Assembly (NCBI GenBank): GCA_020850475.1
Contig: JADZEO010000011.1
Coordinates: forward strand, 10,764 to 74,763
Origin: Bdellovibrionales bacterium
Lineage (GTDB): Bacteria; Bdellovibrionota; Bdellovibrionia; Bdellovibrionales; UBA1609
Direction of reading: 5' to 3'
DNA length: 64,000 bases
Numbering within the stretch: position 1 is the first letter of the stretch; each line of letters begins with the position of its first letter. Under the pieces are notes generated by a model. The model ran no database searches and had not been told where the DNA came from. It was given only the letters and a program-made list of their open reading frames with translations. A program made the position numbers and the translations under genes. Shown here piece after piece: positions 35,436-43,724 of this stretch.

Positions 35436-35512
35436 TTGGTCGGGGAGACAGGATTTGAACCTGCGACCCTCTGCTCCCAAAGCAGATGCGCTACCAGACT
35501 GCGCTACTCCCC
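35436..35512 (-). tRNA. tRNA-Pro (anticodon UGG)
   Basis: The reverse complement is CGGGGAGTAGCGCAGTCTGGTAGCGCATCTGCTTTGGGAGCAGAGGGTCGCAGGTTCAAATCCTGTCTCCCCGACCA. It folds by hand into a cloverleaf: 7-bp acceptor stem, GCGC D-stem, TCTGC/GCAGA anticodon stem with loop TTTGGGA, TTCAAAT T-loop and an encoded CCA. Confidence 0.95.
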
Positions 35513-35799
35513 GATCTTTTCAGGACTAAGGTCCCAAGAAAACTAGGAGATGGGGCAAAAACTGTCAATTGGTACAGTTTGACTTAGTGAGTTAAGCCAT
35601 CGGAAATAGTTTGCCTTTTCATAATGGAAATTTTTACGATTAGCTAAGTGCGTTGCTAGATCTAAATCAAGTTCCTTCAGGGAAGTGGGAACGATCATGC
35701 GGATGCGCTGGCAGTAACGACGGGAAAACAGAACTGAAAAACGAAACATTAAGAAACACAACAAGATTAATCACACGGATATCAACAAGGAGAAACTGC

Positions 35800-37149
35800 A
35801 TGAAAAAGTATATTGCACTTCTAGCCTTGGCAGGTCTTGCGACCTCCGCCATGGGTGAAGGCGCCGACTTCAGCCACAATGCTGAATTCCGCTTACGTTA
35901 CACTCTCGACCAGGAGGCTGACGGTAAAGAAGACTTTAACCCAAGCACACAAAACAAATGGGAACAGCGTTTCCGTTGGGGTTCGACCTTCCGCGCGGGT
36001 GAGAAGCTCACTGCGCACCTCGGATTGATTCACGCGGCGACGTGGGGACATTCTGATTTCTTAACGGGTAGCACGAGTGACTCTGGTGACCCTGGAATTG
36101 GCCAGATGACTGGTGTTGGTAACGGCGAGAACTTGTTGCTCGTGAACGAGGCTTATGGTTCGTGGATGGCAACCGATGAACTTTTGATTCGTTTTGGTCG
36201 CGGTGGTTTGCCGATGGGTGATGAGCGAGTGATCGGTCTCAATAACTGGGGAGCAACACAAAACGCTTTCGAAGGTGCTCTTTTCACTTATGATAAAGAG
36301 ATGGCGCGCTTTAACCTCTTCGGAGCTAAAGTGGCTGATTGGAATCCCTCAGCAACGCCCGGGAATACCAAGGTATCTGATCCTGAGATCAATATGTGGG
36401 GATTTGCGATGGATTGGAAGAGCTTGCCTGAGTGGTTAAAAATGGCTCACCTTCACGTTCTGCAAACAAACGTTGACAAAAATGCTGATACAACGACCGG
36501 GTTGCCAGCACCCTTTGCTTCAATTAATAAAGAGTCTAAGCTTCGTTATGGAGTTGTGCTCTCGGGTGATATGCACAACGTTGATTACCGCCTGACTTAT
36601 GCATCTCATAGTGGCGAGTGGGAAGATCTGAATGTTGATCGATCGGGCTCTATGATCGACGCAGAGATTGGTTATTCGATGCCCAACATGATGAATAGCC
36701 GTGTATCTTTCCTATATCACACAGACACCGGTGACGATTCAGGATCTGGTACTGAAGTTGAGACCTATGACAGCTTTTATTACACCAAGCACTCAAACGC
36801 GGGGTGGATGGATATTTACGAGTACGGCAACTTGACCTTCATGCAACTGGGTTGGTCTATGGACATCTCAGATGACCTGAACTTTAAAGCTCAGTACTTG
36901 ATGTTCAGCCAAACCGAGAAAGACGCAACCAGTGCCAAGACTGGGGTGAATGGCGGCTCCTTTACAGCGACATCCGATGCTACTGAGGACGCACTTGGTA
37001 GTGAGATCGACCTCGAAGTTACTAAGAAGTATCAAGGCGGATTCAGCATCGCTGCTCGCCTCGGTATGTTCTCTCCTGGCGACGAGTACAAAGGTGGAGC
37101 TGAGGACAGCTACAACCAATTCATGCTCGAAGGCAAAATGTCCTTCTAA
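35800..37149 (+). CDS. outer-membrane beta-barrel porin-like protein (possibly alginate-export/AlgE-like family)
   Basis: AAGGAG RBS before the ATG at 35800. Signal peptide MKKYIALLALAGLATSAMG. Alternating beta-strand pattern and a C-terminal ...GKMSF aromatic terminus. The track ORF start at 35653 is an artefactual extension. Confidence 0.7.
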   Translation: MKKYIALLALAGLATSAMGEGADFSHNAEFRLRYTLDQEADGKEDFNPSTQNKWEQRFRWGSTFRAGEKLTAHLGLIHAATWGHSDFLTGSTSDSGDPGIGQMTGVGNGENLLLVNEAYGSWMATDELLIRFGRGGLPMGDERVIGLNNWGATQNAFEGALFTYDKEMARFNLFGAKVADWNPSATPGNTKVSDPEINMWGFAMDWKSLPEWLKMAHLHVLQTNVDKNADTTTGLPAPFASINKESKLRYGVVLSGDMHNVDYRLTYASHSGEWEDLNVDRSGSMIDAEIGYSMPNMMNSRVSFLYHTDTGDDSGSGTEVETYDSFYYTKHSNAGWMDIYEYGNLTFMQLGWSMDISDDLNFKAQYLMFSQTEKDATSAKTGVNGGSFTATSDATEDALGSEIDLEVTKKYQGGFSIAARLGMFSPGDEYKGGAEDSYNQFMLEGKMSF

Positions 37150-37180
37150 GTTGATTTCGTAAGACGAAACTCAACGGCGA

Positions 37181-37215
37181 AAGAGCCGGGCTTAAAGTCC
37201 GGCTCTTTTTTTATT
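37181..37215 (+). terminator. rho-independent terminator of the porin gene
   Basis: 9-bp stem AAGAGCCGG / CCGGCTCTT with a 9-nt loop, followed by TTTTTTATTT. Confidence 0.8.
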
Positions 37216-37345
37216 TGCGCCACTTTTCATCGATCCTCTTAGACCTTGGCAGGGCGGGTTGTTGCAAGGCGTGACAAGAGAGAGGAAAATAATCTCAACT
37301 GCAGGTGACGATCTCGACTTAAGTTGCAAGGGTGGAAGGGGCCAG

Positions 37346-37927
37346 TTGAAGCAAGTCCCAGCCAAAATATTGCTTTGCTTTCTGGGGGGCATTCTCGGTT
37401 TGGGCCTGTTGTTGATGTCCTCGGCTCAAGCTGCCAAACCGGCCAAGCCTGCGCAAGCAACCAAGGCGGCCAAAGGAACCAAGGGCAAATACGGCAAGCT
37501 CAATGTCGAAGGCGCACTTAAGTCAGAGCTCAACGGGCTCTTGCAAAGCGCCAGCGGCCTCCACTTGGCCTGCGTGGCCCAAAGTGACAAACGCATCAAC
37601 GAAAACATCCGGCAAGTGCTGACAAGTATCAAAAGCACGGCCAAGAAAACTTCACTCGCCAAGGATCAAAAACCCCACCTGACTCGAATGCTCGACAAAT
37701 CCCGTCAGCATCTCGAAGCCAGTCTGAGTCGATCCGGTGATGCACGACGAGAGAGTCTCAAAGAAGCCTTCAATGATTTGGTGCAGATCGCACGGTTCTA
37801 CAAGTTAGATCAGTATCAAATCTTTTTTTGCCCTTCGGACAAAGTGGTGTGGCTGCAAAAGGGGTTTCAGCCGCGCAACCCGATCAATCCGAAAAAATTT
37901 GGTGCCTGCGGAAAACTCGTAAGATGA
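37346..37927 (+). CDS. hypothetical secreted protein
   Basis: The in-frame TTG at 37346 has a GGAAGG RBS and gives KQVPAKILLCFLGGILGLGLLLMSSAQA as a signal peptide. The track start at 37259 lies just after the terminator. The start is uncertain. Confidence 0.5.
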   Translation: MKQVPAKILLCFLGGILGLGLLLMSSAQAAKPAKPAQATKAAKGTKGKYGKLNVEGALKSELNGLLQSASGLHLACVAQSDKRINENIRQVLTSIKSTAKKTSLAKDQKPHLTRMLDKSRQHLEASLSRSGDARRESLKEAFNDLVQIARFYKLDQYQIFFCPSDKVVWLQKGFQPRNPINPKKFGACGKLVR

Positions 37928-37940
37928 TGGGATTATAGAG

Positions 37941-38549
37941 GTGGATCGCTTTCTCGCTAGCCTTCCCAAAAACATTCTCGCGACTCTGGCCATCGGGGGC
38001 GGGATTTTTCTGATCATTTTGCTCAACCCTCCACACACCGTTTGTGATGCGCAAATGACGATTTTTAAGGAAGCGCAAAAAGGCTTCGTGTTCTTAGATC
38101 CTAAAAGCAAATCCATTGAGACGAGTGATTATGAACTACTGACTAAACAGTGCCGGGTCAGCAACAGTCCTGGCGGATGTTACGAACTCTTCGCCCGCCT
38201 CAAAATTCTGATTCGTGACATCGAGGCCGTACCAACGGAGTGTCGGCCCAAAGTGGGTTCGGAAAACAAGGTTCGCAAAGCCCTGTGGGAATCGCTCGAC
38301 TTGATTTCACGCTTGGCCTGGGGAACCAAGCCGCCACAGAGTTATTACGAGAAGTTCGGATGGCTGGAGCCGCCGGATTTGTTGCTCTTTTGTGATCTCA
38401 AGCGAACAGTGCTTGCCGTTTACGGCAATAGTCAATGGGAGCAGTTTCGCGAGGGGCTATTCAAAGATTTGCCAGGAGTGAAGGAGATCCAACGGACAGT
38501 CGCCTGGGAACACATGCTTCTGTCCATTAACTGCGACAAGTATCAGTAA
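37941..38549 (+). CDS. hypothetical membrane-anchored protein
   Basis: GTG start after an AGAGG RBS. One N-terminal TM helix (LATLAIGGGIFLIILL) and 6 Cys residues. No family recognised. Confidence 0.5.
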   Translation: MDRFLASLPKNILATLAIGGGIFLIILLNPPHTVCDAQMTIFKEAQKGFVFLDPKSKSIETSDYELLTKQCRVSNSPGGCYELFARLKILIRDIEAVPTECRPKVGSENKVRKALWESLDLISRLAWGTKPPQSYYEKFGWLEPPDLLLFCDLKRTVLAVYGNSQWEQFREGLFKDLPGVKEIQRTVAWEHMLLSINCDKYQ

Positions 38550-38555
38550 TTAAAA

Positions 38556-38578
38556 CTCGTCAGCACCGGGCTGACGAG
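38556..38578. terminator. hairpin between convergent genes (probable rpsR terminator)
   Basis: 8-bp stem CTCGTCAG / CTGACGAG with a 7-nt loop. On the minus strand it is followed by TTTTAATTA. There is no T-run on the plus strand. Confidence 0.4.
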
Positions 38579-38584
38579 AATCCA

Positions 38585-38860
38585 TTAAATTTCGAATGGG
38601 CGAGGAGAGATGGCTTCGATGCGATAATAAGCATCGTGGGCATCAGTTCCTTGGGGCAGCAGAGCTAAGTTGCGCGCCTTCTTGACGGCAGCGGCGACAG
38701 CTTTTTGTTGACCGTTACTCAGCTTGCTAATCCGCGAGGGAATAATCTTTCCGCCTTCCATCAAAAAACGGCTGAGAGTCACTGGATCTTTGTAGTCAAA
38801 ATGGAAGTCACCAGGGAACTCAGGGCGGTACTTGGTACGAATATTTGTCTTTTTTAGCAT
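38585..38860 (-). CDS. rpsR: 30S ribosomal protein S18
   Basis: [48 protein letters not shown] matches the S18 signature. Confidence 0.9.
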   Translation of the reverse strand: MLKKTNIRTKYRPEFPGDFHFDYKDPVTLSRFLMEGGKIIPSRISKLSNGQQKAVAAAVKKARNLALLPQGTDAHDAYYRIEAISPRPFEI

Positions 38861-39083
38861 GGTACACCTGTAAGATATTGATATTGCTTACTTTCTTCAG
38901 ATGTCGAAGCCTCTTCTTACGACCGGTCGAACAAAGGTTCTCGCAGTCACTCGTTTTGGCTTCGGCCAAACCCAAAGGTAAGCCCCTTCTATACGATAGA
39001 AATGGGTTGCCAACAAGGTTCTTTTTTGACTATAGGTTATGTTTCTTTAAGTCACATTTGGACTCGTGGATTAGGAGTGAGAA

Positions 39084-39389
39084 ATGGCTCGCTGTGAACT
39101 AACTGGTAAAGGCCCCATCGTGAAGAACTTGGTGAGCCATTCCAACATCAAGACAAAATCTCGGGCAATGCCGAATATTCGGCAAAAACAGGTGTTTAGC
39201 CGAGCCTTGAATCAAATGGTGAGCCTTAAGATGGCGGCCAGCACGATTCGTTCTATGGAGCACATGGGAGGCTTTGATACTTTCGTTCTCAATCAGCCCG
39301 ACAAGGTCCTTTCCCACCGCGCTTTGGCGGTCAAGCAACGGATCAAACGCCGTCTGAATCGCGACAGCAAAAAGGGAGAGAAGCAATGA
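39084..39389 (+). CDS. rpmB: 50S ribosomal protein L28 (with C-terminal extension)
   Basis: MARCELTGKGPIVKNLVSHSNIKTKSRAMPNIRQK matches the L28 N-terminal signature. At 101 aa it is longer than the typical ~78 aa. Confidence 0.9.
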   Translation: MARCELTGKGPIVKNLVSHSNIKTKSRAMPNIRQKQVFSRALNQMVSLKMAASTIRSMEHMGGFDTFVLNQPDKVLSHRALAVKQRIKRRLNRDSKKGEKQ

Positions 39390-39643
39390 AATTGAAAGTT
39401 AAAAAAGGCGCAACTGTCGAGGTCATTGCAGGAGCTGACAAAGGCAAACGCGGCACCGTCTTAGAAATCAAAAAGGACAAGATGCAAGTTCGCGTTCAAG
39501 GCGTTCGGATGCAAACCCATTTTGACAAAAAAGATGGATTGCAGACCAAAGAAGGTCTTCTCGATTACTCAAATGTTAAGCTGATTGAGCAAGCCGCCAA
39601 GAAAGAGAAAAAAGAGAAGAAGAAAACAACTGCCCGCAAATAA
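39386..39643 (+). CDS. L24-like KOW-domain ribosomal protein with Lys-rich tail
   Basis: KKGATVEVIAGADKGKRGTVLEI...VRVQGVRMQTHFDKK....YSNVKL follows the L24 pattern (KGD.V.VI.GKDKGK.G.V......V.VEGVN...KH.K....  SNV). The start overlaps the rpmB stop by 4 nt. Confidence 0.7.
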   Translation: MKLKVKKGATVEVIAGADKGKRGTVLEIKKDKMQVRVQGVRMQTHFDKKDGLQTKEGLLDYSNVKLIEQAAKKEKKEKKKTTARK

Positions 39644-39679
39644 GTTGGACGGTTGTGTAACAGTTGGAAATGAAAACGG

Positions 39680-39707
39680 AAGCCGGTCTTGAGACCGGCT
39701 TTTTTGT
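39680..39707 (+). terminator. rho-independent terminator after the rpmB/L24-like pair
   Basis: 9-bp stem AAGCCGGTC / GACCGGCTT with loop TTGA, followed by TTTTTGTT. Confidence 0.8.
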
Positions 39708-39771
39708 TGGGTTTGAGGCGAGGTGCGAAATTGCTATTGAGATGTTTCACGCCCTTTGTTACTGTAGGGTC

Positions 39772-40134
39772 ATGATGATGCAAAGAGCCGCTGGATGGAT
39801 GGGGGTCCTGGTGATCGCGCTGAGTTTGGTCGCAACGGCCGAAGCAGCCAAGCATCGCGAATCCTATGTCATTTGCAAAAACAAGGGCACTGTACGCACA
39901 CTGCGTGTTGAAATTGGCGGTGGCGAGCGGGGCGTTTGCGAAACGGTTTACACCAAAGGTGGAATCGATCGCTCCGTTGGTTCGGCGCAAAATAGTGCGT
40001 CTTGCATGACCATCATGAACAACATCAAAGCCAATCTCGAGGCGGCTGCTTGGACTTGCAAGGACGTCACCGCCAAGGCAACCATGTCGGATGCAACTCA
40101 AGCCTCTGACGATCAAGCCAATTTTGACCCCTGA
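39772..40134 (+). CDS. small secreted Cys-containing protein (hypothetical)
   Basis: The ATG at 39772 gives signal peptide MMMQRAAGWMGVLVIALSLVATAEA. The track start at 39664 would place the terminator hairpin inside the coding region. Confidence 0.55.
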   Translation: MMMQRAAGWMGVLVIALSLVATAEAAKHRESYVICKNKGTVRTLRVEIGGGERGVCETVYTKGGIDRSVGSAQNSASCMTIMNNIKANLEAAAWTCKDVTAKATMSDATQASDDQANFDP

Positions 40135-40136
40135 AA

Positions 40137-40964
40137 ATGGCCACCCAGCCACTGACGGTTGCGCTATTTCAACTCACCTCCATTGATGATTCCGCCATTA
40201 ACGAAGCGGAGATTTTTTCACGTTTGGAGGAGGTGCGCTCACTCGGCGGCGCAAGTCTGATGGTACTACCCGAGAACTCCCTATATTTGCGGTTGGATCG
40301 GCAAGCGTCGGTGAAGGGACTTGAACTCACTGATCCCGTGCTCGCAAGGTTGAGTACCTATTGCCGCCAACATCATTGCGAAATTTTAATGACCACTCCA
40401 CTGCGGGAAAATGGCCGCTTGGTAAATGCCACACTCCGACTCAGGGGAGAGGCAACAGCTGAAGTGGTTTACCGCAAAATCCACTTGTTCGATGTCGATG
40501 TCGAAGGGGCGCCGCCCGTCAGGGAGTCCGATGAGTTTGCACCGGGCACCACTCCGGCGATGATTGAGGTGGCGGGTTGGAAAGTGGGCTTGAGCATTTG
40601 CTATGATTTGCGCTTTGCTGAGCTCTACAATCGCTACGGTAAAGCCCAGGTGGACTTAATCGCGGTGCCAGCCGCCTTCTTAGTTCCAACGGGCCGAGCC
40701 CATTGGGAGATTTTGCTGCGCGCGCGGGCCATCGAAAATCAGGCTTATGTATTGGCTCCGGCTCAAGGGGGAGCTCATCGGAGTAAGAGTGGGGCTTCGC
40801 GCGAAACTTGGGGGCACTCGATGATCGTCGGGCCTTGGGGAGAGATCTTGGCCGAAGCCAAAGGCGAAAACCCGCCCCGAGTTTTGCGACTGACTTTGAA
40901 TCCGACTCAAATTGAAACTGTTCGCCGCCAAATTCCTCAGGCCGGGCACCGTCGTCTCAGCTAA
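40137..40964 (+). CDS. carbon-nitrogen hydrolase (nitrilase superfamily, Nit/YafV-like)
   Basis: Glu-Lys-Cys catalytic pattern: LMVLPENS (Glu), YRKIHLFD (Lys), GLSICYDLRFAEL (Cys). Confidence 0.9.
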   Translation: MATQPLTVALFQLTSIDDSAINEAEIFSRLEEVRSLGGASLMVLPENSLYLRLDRQASVKGLELTDPVLARLSTYCRQHHCEILMTTPLRENGRLVNATLRLRGEATAEVVYRKIHLFDVDVEGAPPVRESDEFAPGTTPAMIEVAGWKVGLSICYDLRFAELYNRYGKAQVDLIAVPAAFLVPTGRAHWEILLRARAIENQAYVLAPAQGGAHRSKSGASRETWGHSMIVGPWGEILAEAKGENPPRVLRLTLNPTQIETVRRQIPQAGHRRLS

Positions 40965-41060
40965 TCTTTCAGCTCAGGTCCTAGGTCCAGAAAGTTCCAC
41001 TGGGTAGCGGCCGAAGAGAAGTTGATGGAATCCGTCACTATTACATCTTGGTCTAAGGGG

Positions 41061-41618
41061 ATGCGTCAGCTGCAGTGGTTGGTGCGCATCTTGGCCGGCG
41101 TTGCAGTCCTGGTACTGGTGTCAGTTGCCCACGCTCAAGATGTCATTCGTGATGCTGTTAAACTTCGCCTTGAAAAAATCCAAGAGCCGGAAATCGATTT
41201 GGAAATTAAGGCGATCAAAGGGGAGCCGCCCTCACCCATTGCCCCCCAGGTGTTTGATGGTTATGGCGGTGTTGCTCATGAGCCTTTCGCTCCCGATCCT
41301 GAAGAGCGAATCAAGTGGGCCAAGGAAGAGGCGGAAAAGCGTCGCAAGGAAGATCTCATCGAAGCCAAGAAAATTGCGGCCGAGAAAAAGAACCAAGTCG
41401 TCGCTGAAAAGGAATCAGGGAAGGGCAAGAAGACCGTGGCGGGCAAAAGTGGTGACAAGCGAGCTCCAGCTGGCAAACCGGGTTCGGCCGCAAAAAAGGG
41501 CGCAGCACTCGGGCCCAAAAAGAGTGCACCACCTAAGGGCAGTAAGGCCACCGCCAAGAAGCCCTCAACTAAGGCCGGCCCGTCTGCCAAAGCCAAGGGT
41601 AAGCCCGCCAAAAAATGA
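41061..41618 (+). CDS. secreted/anchored protein with Lys/Ala/Pro-rich tail (hypothetical)
   Basis: The ATG at 41061 follows an AAGGGG RBS and gives signal peptide MRQLQWLVRILAGVAVLVLVSVAHA. The C-terminal ~80 aa is KKxAxGPK low-complexity. The start and frame choice are uncertain because overlapping frames are also open. Confidence 0.45.
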   Translation: MRQLQWLVRILAGVAVLVLVSVAHAQDVIRDAVKLRLEKIQEPEIDLEIKAIKGEPPSPIAPQVFDGYGGVAHEPFAPDPEERIKWAKEEAEKRRKEDLIEAKKIAAEKKNQVVAEKESGKGKKTVAGKSGDKRAPAGKPGSAAKKGAALGPKKSAPPKGSKATAKKPSTKAGPSAKAKGKPAKK

Positions 41619-41714
41619 TGGACCCACTTAACCATGGTCCAAGATCATGGACCCCTGTTCCAAGGGTTTCTTCGTCCCACAAAATCACGTAATCTACAGA
41701 AGTCAGGGGGTACA

Positions 41715-41966
41715 GTGCGTAGAATTTTTTGGGGAGTCGTCTTGTTGTTGGGCATGAGCTCCGTGGCGCGGGCGGAGTCGATTATTGAGGTCGATGAAGT
41801 TCGCAACAAGGCTAAAAACCGACTTTACCCGGGTGGCATCGACGAGGAGGACCTCCAAGTCCAAATCCGCCTGAACCCGCCAACCAAAAAGCTCTATGCT
41901 TCAACCCTTCAGGCCGAAGTCCTTAAGATCAAACCGCCGGTGGATGATCTGCCCGAACAAGAGTGA
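41715..41966 (+). CDS. small secreted protein (hypothetical)
   Basis: The GTG at 41715 follows an AGGGGG RBS and gives RRIFWGVVLLLGMSSVARA as a signal peptide. The track ORF starts at 41634. Confidence 0.4.
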   Translation: MRRIFWGVVLLLGMSSVARAESIIEVDEVRNKAKNRLYPGGIDEEDLQVQIRLNPPTKKLYASTLQAEVLKIKPPVDDLPEQE

Positions 41967-42050
41967 CCCTTTCGGGCGGGGGCGACTGTAAACCTTCCTC
42001 TTTTTAGCCAATCCTTTGCAATTTAGCCCTGTCTCGGATACGGAGAGGGC

Positions 42051-43184
42051 ATGGCAAAATTTCTCGCTCTGACCTCTTTTGGTCTGCGTGACATTCTAGA
42101 AGAGGAAATCAAGGAACTTGGTCTCAAGATTGTAGATCGAGAGGCCACTGGGATTTTTTTTGAGTCCAATTGGGAGGGCGCGTATCGCGCGAATTTGTGC
42201 CTGCGCACGGCCACCAAGATTCTTCTACCGGTCCTGGATTTTCCGGCCTATAAGCCCGAGGACCTTTACCACAATATTCAGAAGCACGACTTCACCAAAT
42301 ACATTCGCCCTGAACAGACCTTGAGCATTGATGCCCACGTGCGCGAAAGTGCCCTGCAGGACCAGCGCTTTGTCGCGATGAAAATTAAAGACGCCATCGT
42401 CGATCAGTTTCGCGACAAGTGCGATGGCGTCAGGCCTGATGTTAATCGGGAAACCCCCGATCTTGATGTGGTGGTGCGCTTGTCGCGAAATACCGTGAGT
42501 GTGGCGATCAATACTACCGGGCCGACACTTTCGATGCGCGGTTATCGCAAGAGTTCAGTTGAAGCTCCCATGCGGGAGCACCTGGCGGCAGGCTTGCTGC
42601 GCATGACAGGCTGGGATGGAACGACTCCCTTGATGGATCCCATGTGTGGGTCCGGAACCTTTTTGATTGAAGCCGCACTCATTGGATTAAATATTGCTCC
42701 AGGAACGCTGCGCAAAAAATTTGCGTTCCAGGGATTTAAGGGTTTCCAAAAAGAGGCGTGGGAAAAGGTTCTTGAGGATGTGATGGAAAAAGAATATCCG
42801 AGTATGCCTACCAAGCTGTATGGATTGGATATCAACTCCACCGCCCTGGCCGCAGCGAAGGCCAATGCTGATCGGGCGGGCGTCGATGACTACATCGAGT
42901 TTAAGCGGGGACCGGTGGTAACTCTCGAGCCGCCCCCGGTGGATCGCCCTGGAATTGTAATCGTGAACCCTCCTTACGGAGAACGGTTGGGGATTACTGA
43001 GGAACTCAAAGATGTTTATCGAGATCTCGCTCACTCATTAAAGGTTGGATTCAAGGGCTGGAAGCTCTTTTTACTGTCGGGCAACCAGGAGTTAACGGGT
43101 GCGCTTAAACTCAAGGCCGAACGACGCCACCGAGTTTACAACGGCAACCTTGATTGTCGATTTTTGGAATATCACATCCGATAG
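42051..43184 (+). CDS. THUMP-domain class I SAM-dependent RNA methyltransferase (COG0116, RlmL/YpsC-like)
   Basis: N-terminal THUMP-like region, motif I DPMCGSGTFLIEAAL and motif IV VNPPYGERLG. Confidence 0.85.
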   Translation: MAKFLALTSFGLRDILEEEIKELGLKIVDREATGIFFESNWEGAYRANLCLRTATKILLPVLDFPAYKPEDLYHNIQKHDFTKYIRPEQTLSIDAHVRESALQDQRFVAMKIKDAIVDQFRDKCDGVRPDVNRETPDLDVVVRLSRNTVSVAINTTGPTLSMRGYRKSSVEAPMREHLAAGLLRMTGWDGTTPLMDPMCGSGTFLIEAALIGLNIAPGTLRKKFAFQGFKGFQKEAWEKVLEDVMEKEYPSMPTKLYGLDINSTALAAAKANADRAGVDDYIEFKRGPVVTLEPPPVDRPGIVIVNPPYGERLGITEELKDVYRDLAHSLKVGFKGWKLFLLSGNQELTGALKLKAERRHRVYNGNLDCRFLEYHIR

Positions 43185-43224
43185 GGTCGCTAGCTCCCAG
43201 CCGCCAAAACCATGCTTTGTCTGA

Positions 43225-43587
43225 CTAGGGCTTGAGCTCGACCAATAAGACAGCCCAAGCACCCAGGGCCAGCACCACAAAGAATAGGATATTTGCCCAC
43301 TCCGTCTTTTTAAGAATCACGCGAGTGATGAGTCCTAAGCAGAGCCAAGCCACCAACTTTCCCCATACCCAAAAAGGCCAGGGCCAGGTGATCTCTAGTT
43401 TTGCGAGCAAGCCGAACCCAGGAATGAATACCAGCATCATGCCGATGCCGTGAATAATCATCATCCATCGACGCTTAGGAAATTCTCGGGTTCCGCCGTT
43501 TACCACGTGCAGCGCCAAGCCGCCGAGGGCATAAAACAACACGATGACACCGACCAAATGAAGAATCAGGTAAAATTGGGGACTCAT
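43225..43587 (-). CDS. small four-TM membrane protein (hypothetical)
   Basis: The ATG at 43587 is preceded by a GGAGG RBS. The 120-aa product has four hydrophobic helices. The track start at 43692 adds a non-hydrophobic extension. Confidence 0.55.
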   Translation of the reverse strand: MSPQFYLILHLVGVIVLFYALGGLALHVVNGGTREFPKRRWMMIIHGIGMMLVFIPGFGLLAKLEITWPWPFWVWGKLVAWLCLGLITRVILKKTEWANILFFVVLALGAWAVLLVELKP

Positions 43588-43724
43588 GGATGCCTCCTCA
43601 TCTATCAGATTGCTAGCCTCATCAATATTTATGACATTCACCCAATGGGATGGCCAGCGATAAATGAGTGACTCCGGCGGAAACTCCGTCATAATATTCC
43701 GGTCCCTTCACAAGGAGTCGAGGT

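Noticed and set aside
29600-35512. Genomic island integrated at tRNA-Pro
   Set aside because: The stretch is rich in orphan secreted genes and TA modules next to the tRNA 3' end. However, I found no integrase or recombinase gene, and no direct repeat of the tRNA 3' segment by eye. It needs comparative genomics and a computed GC/codon-usage profile before it can be called an island.
35558-35579. Inverted repeat AAACTGT-N8-ACAGTTT between tRNA-Pro and the porin gene
   Set aside because: It is a short AT-rich stem without a T-run, with no second copy seen. It is indistinguishable from chance.
41101-41635. Alternative-frame ORFs (176 aa on the plus strand, 119 aa on the minus strand) over the Lys-rich gene
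   Set aside because: Low-complexity AAG/GCC-rich DNA keeps several frames open. I kept the frame with a signal peptide and RBS. The choice remains uncertain, but at most one frame can be real.
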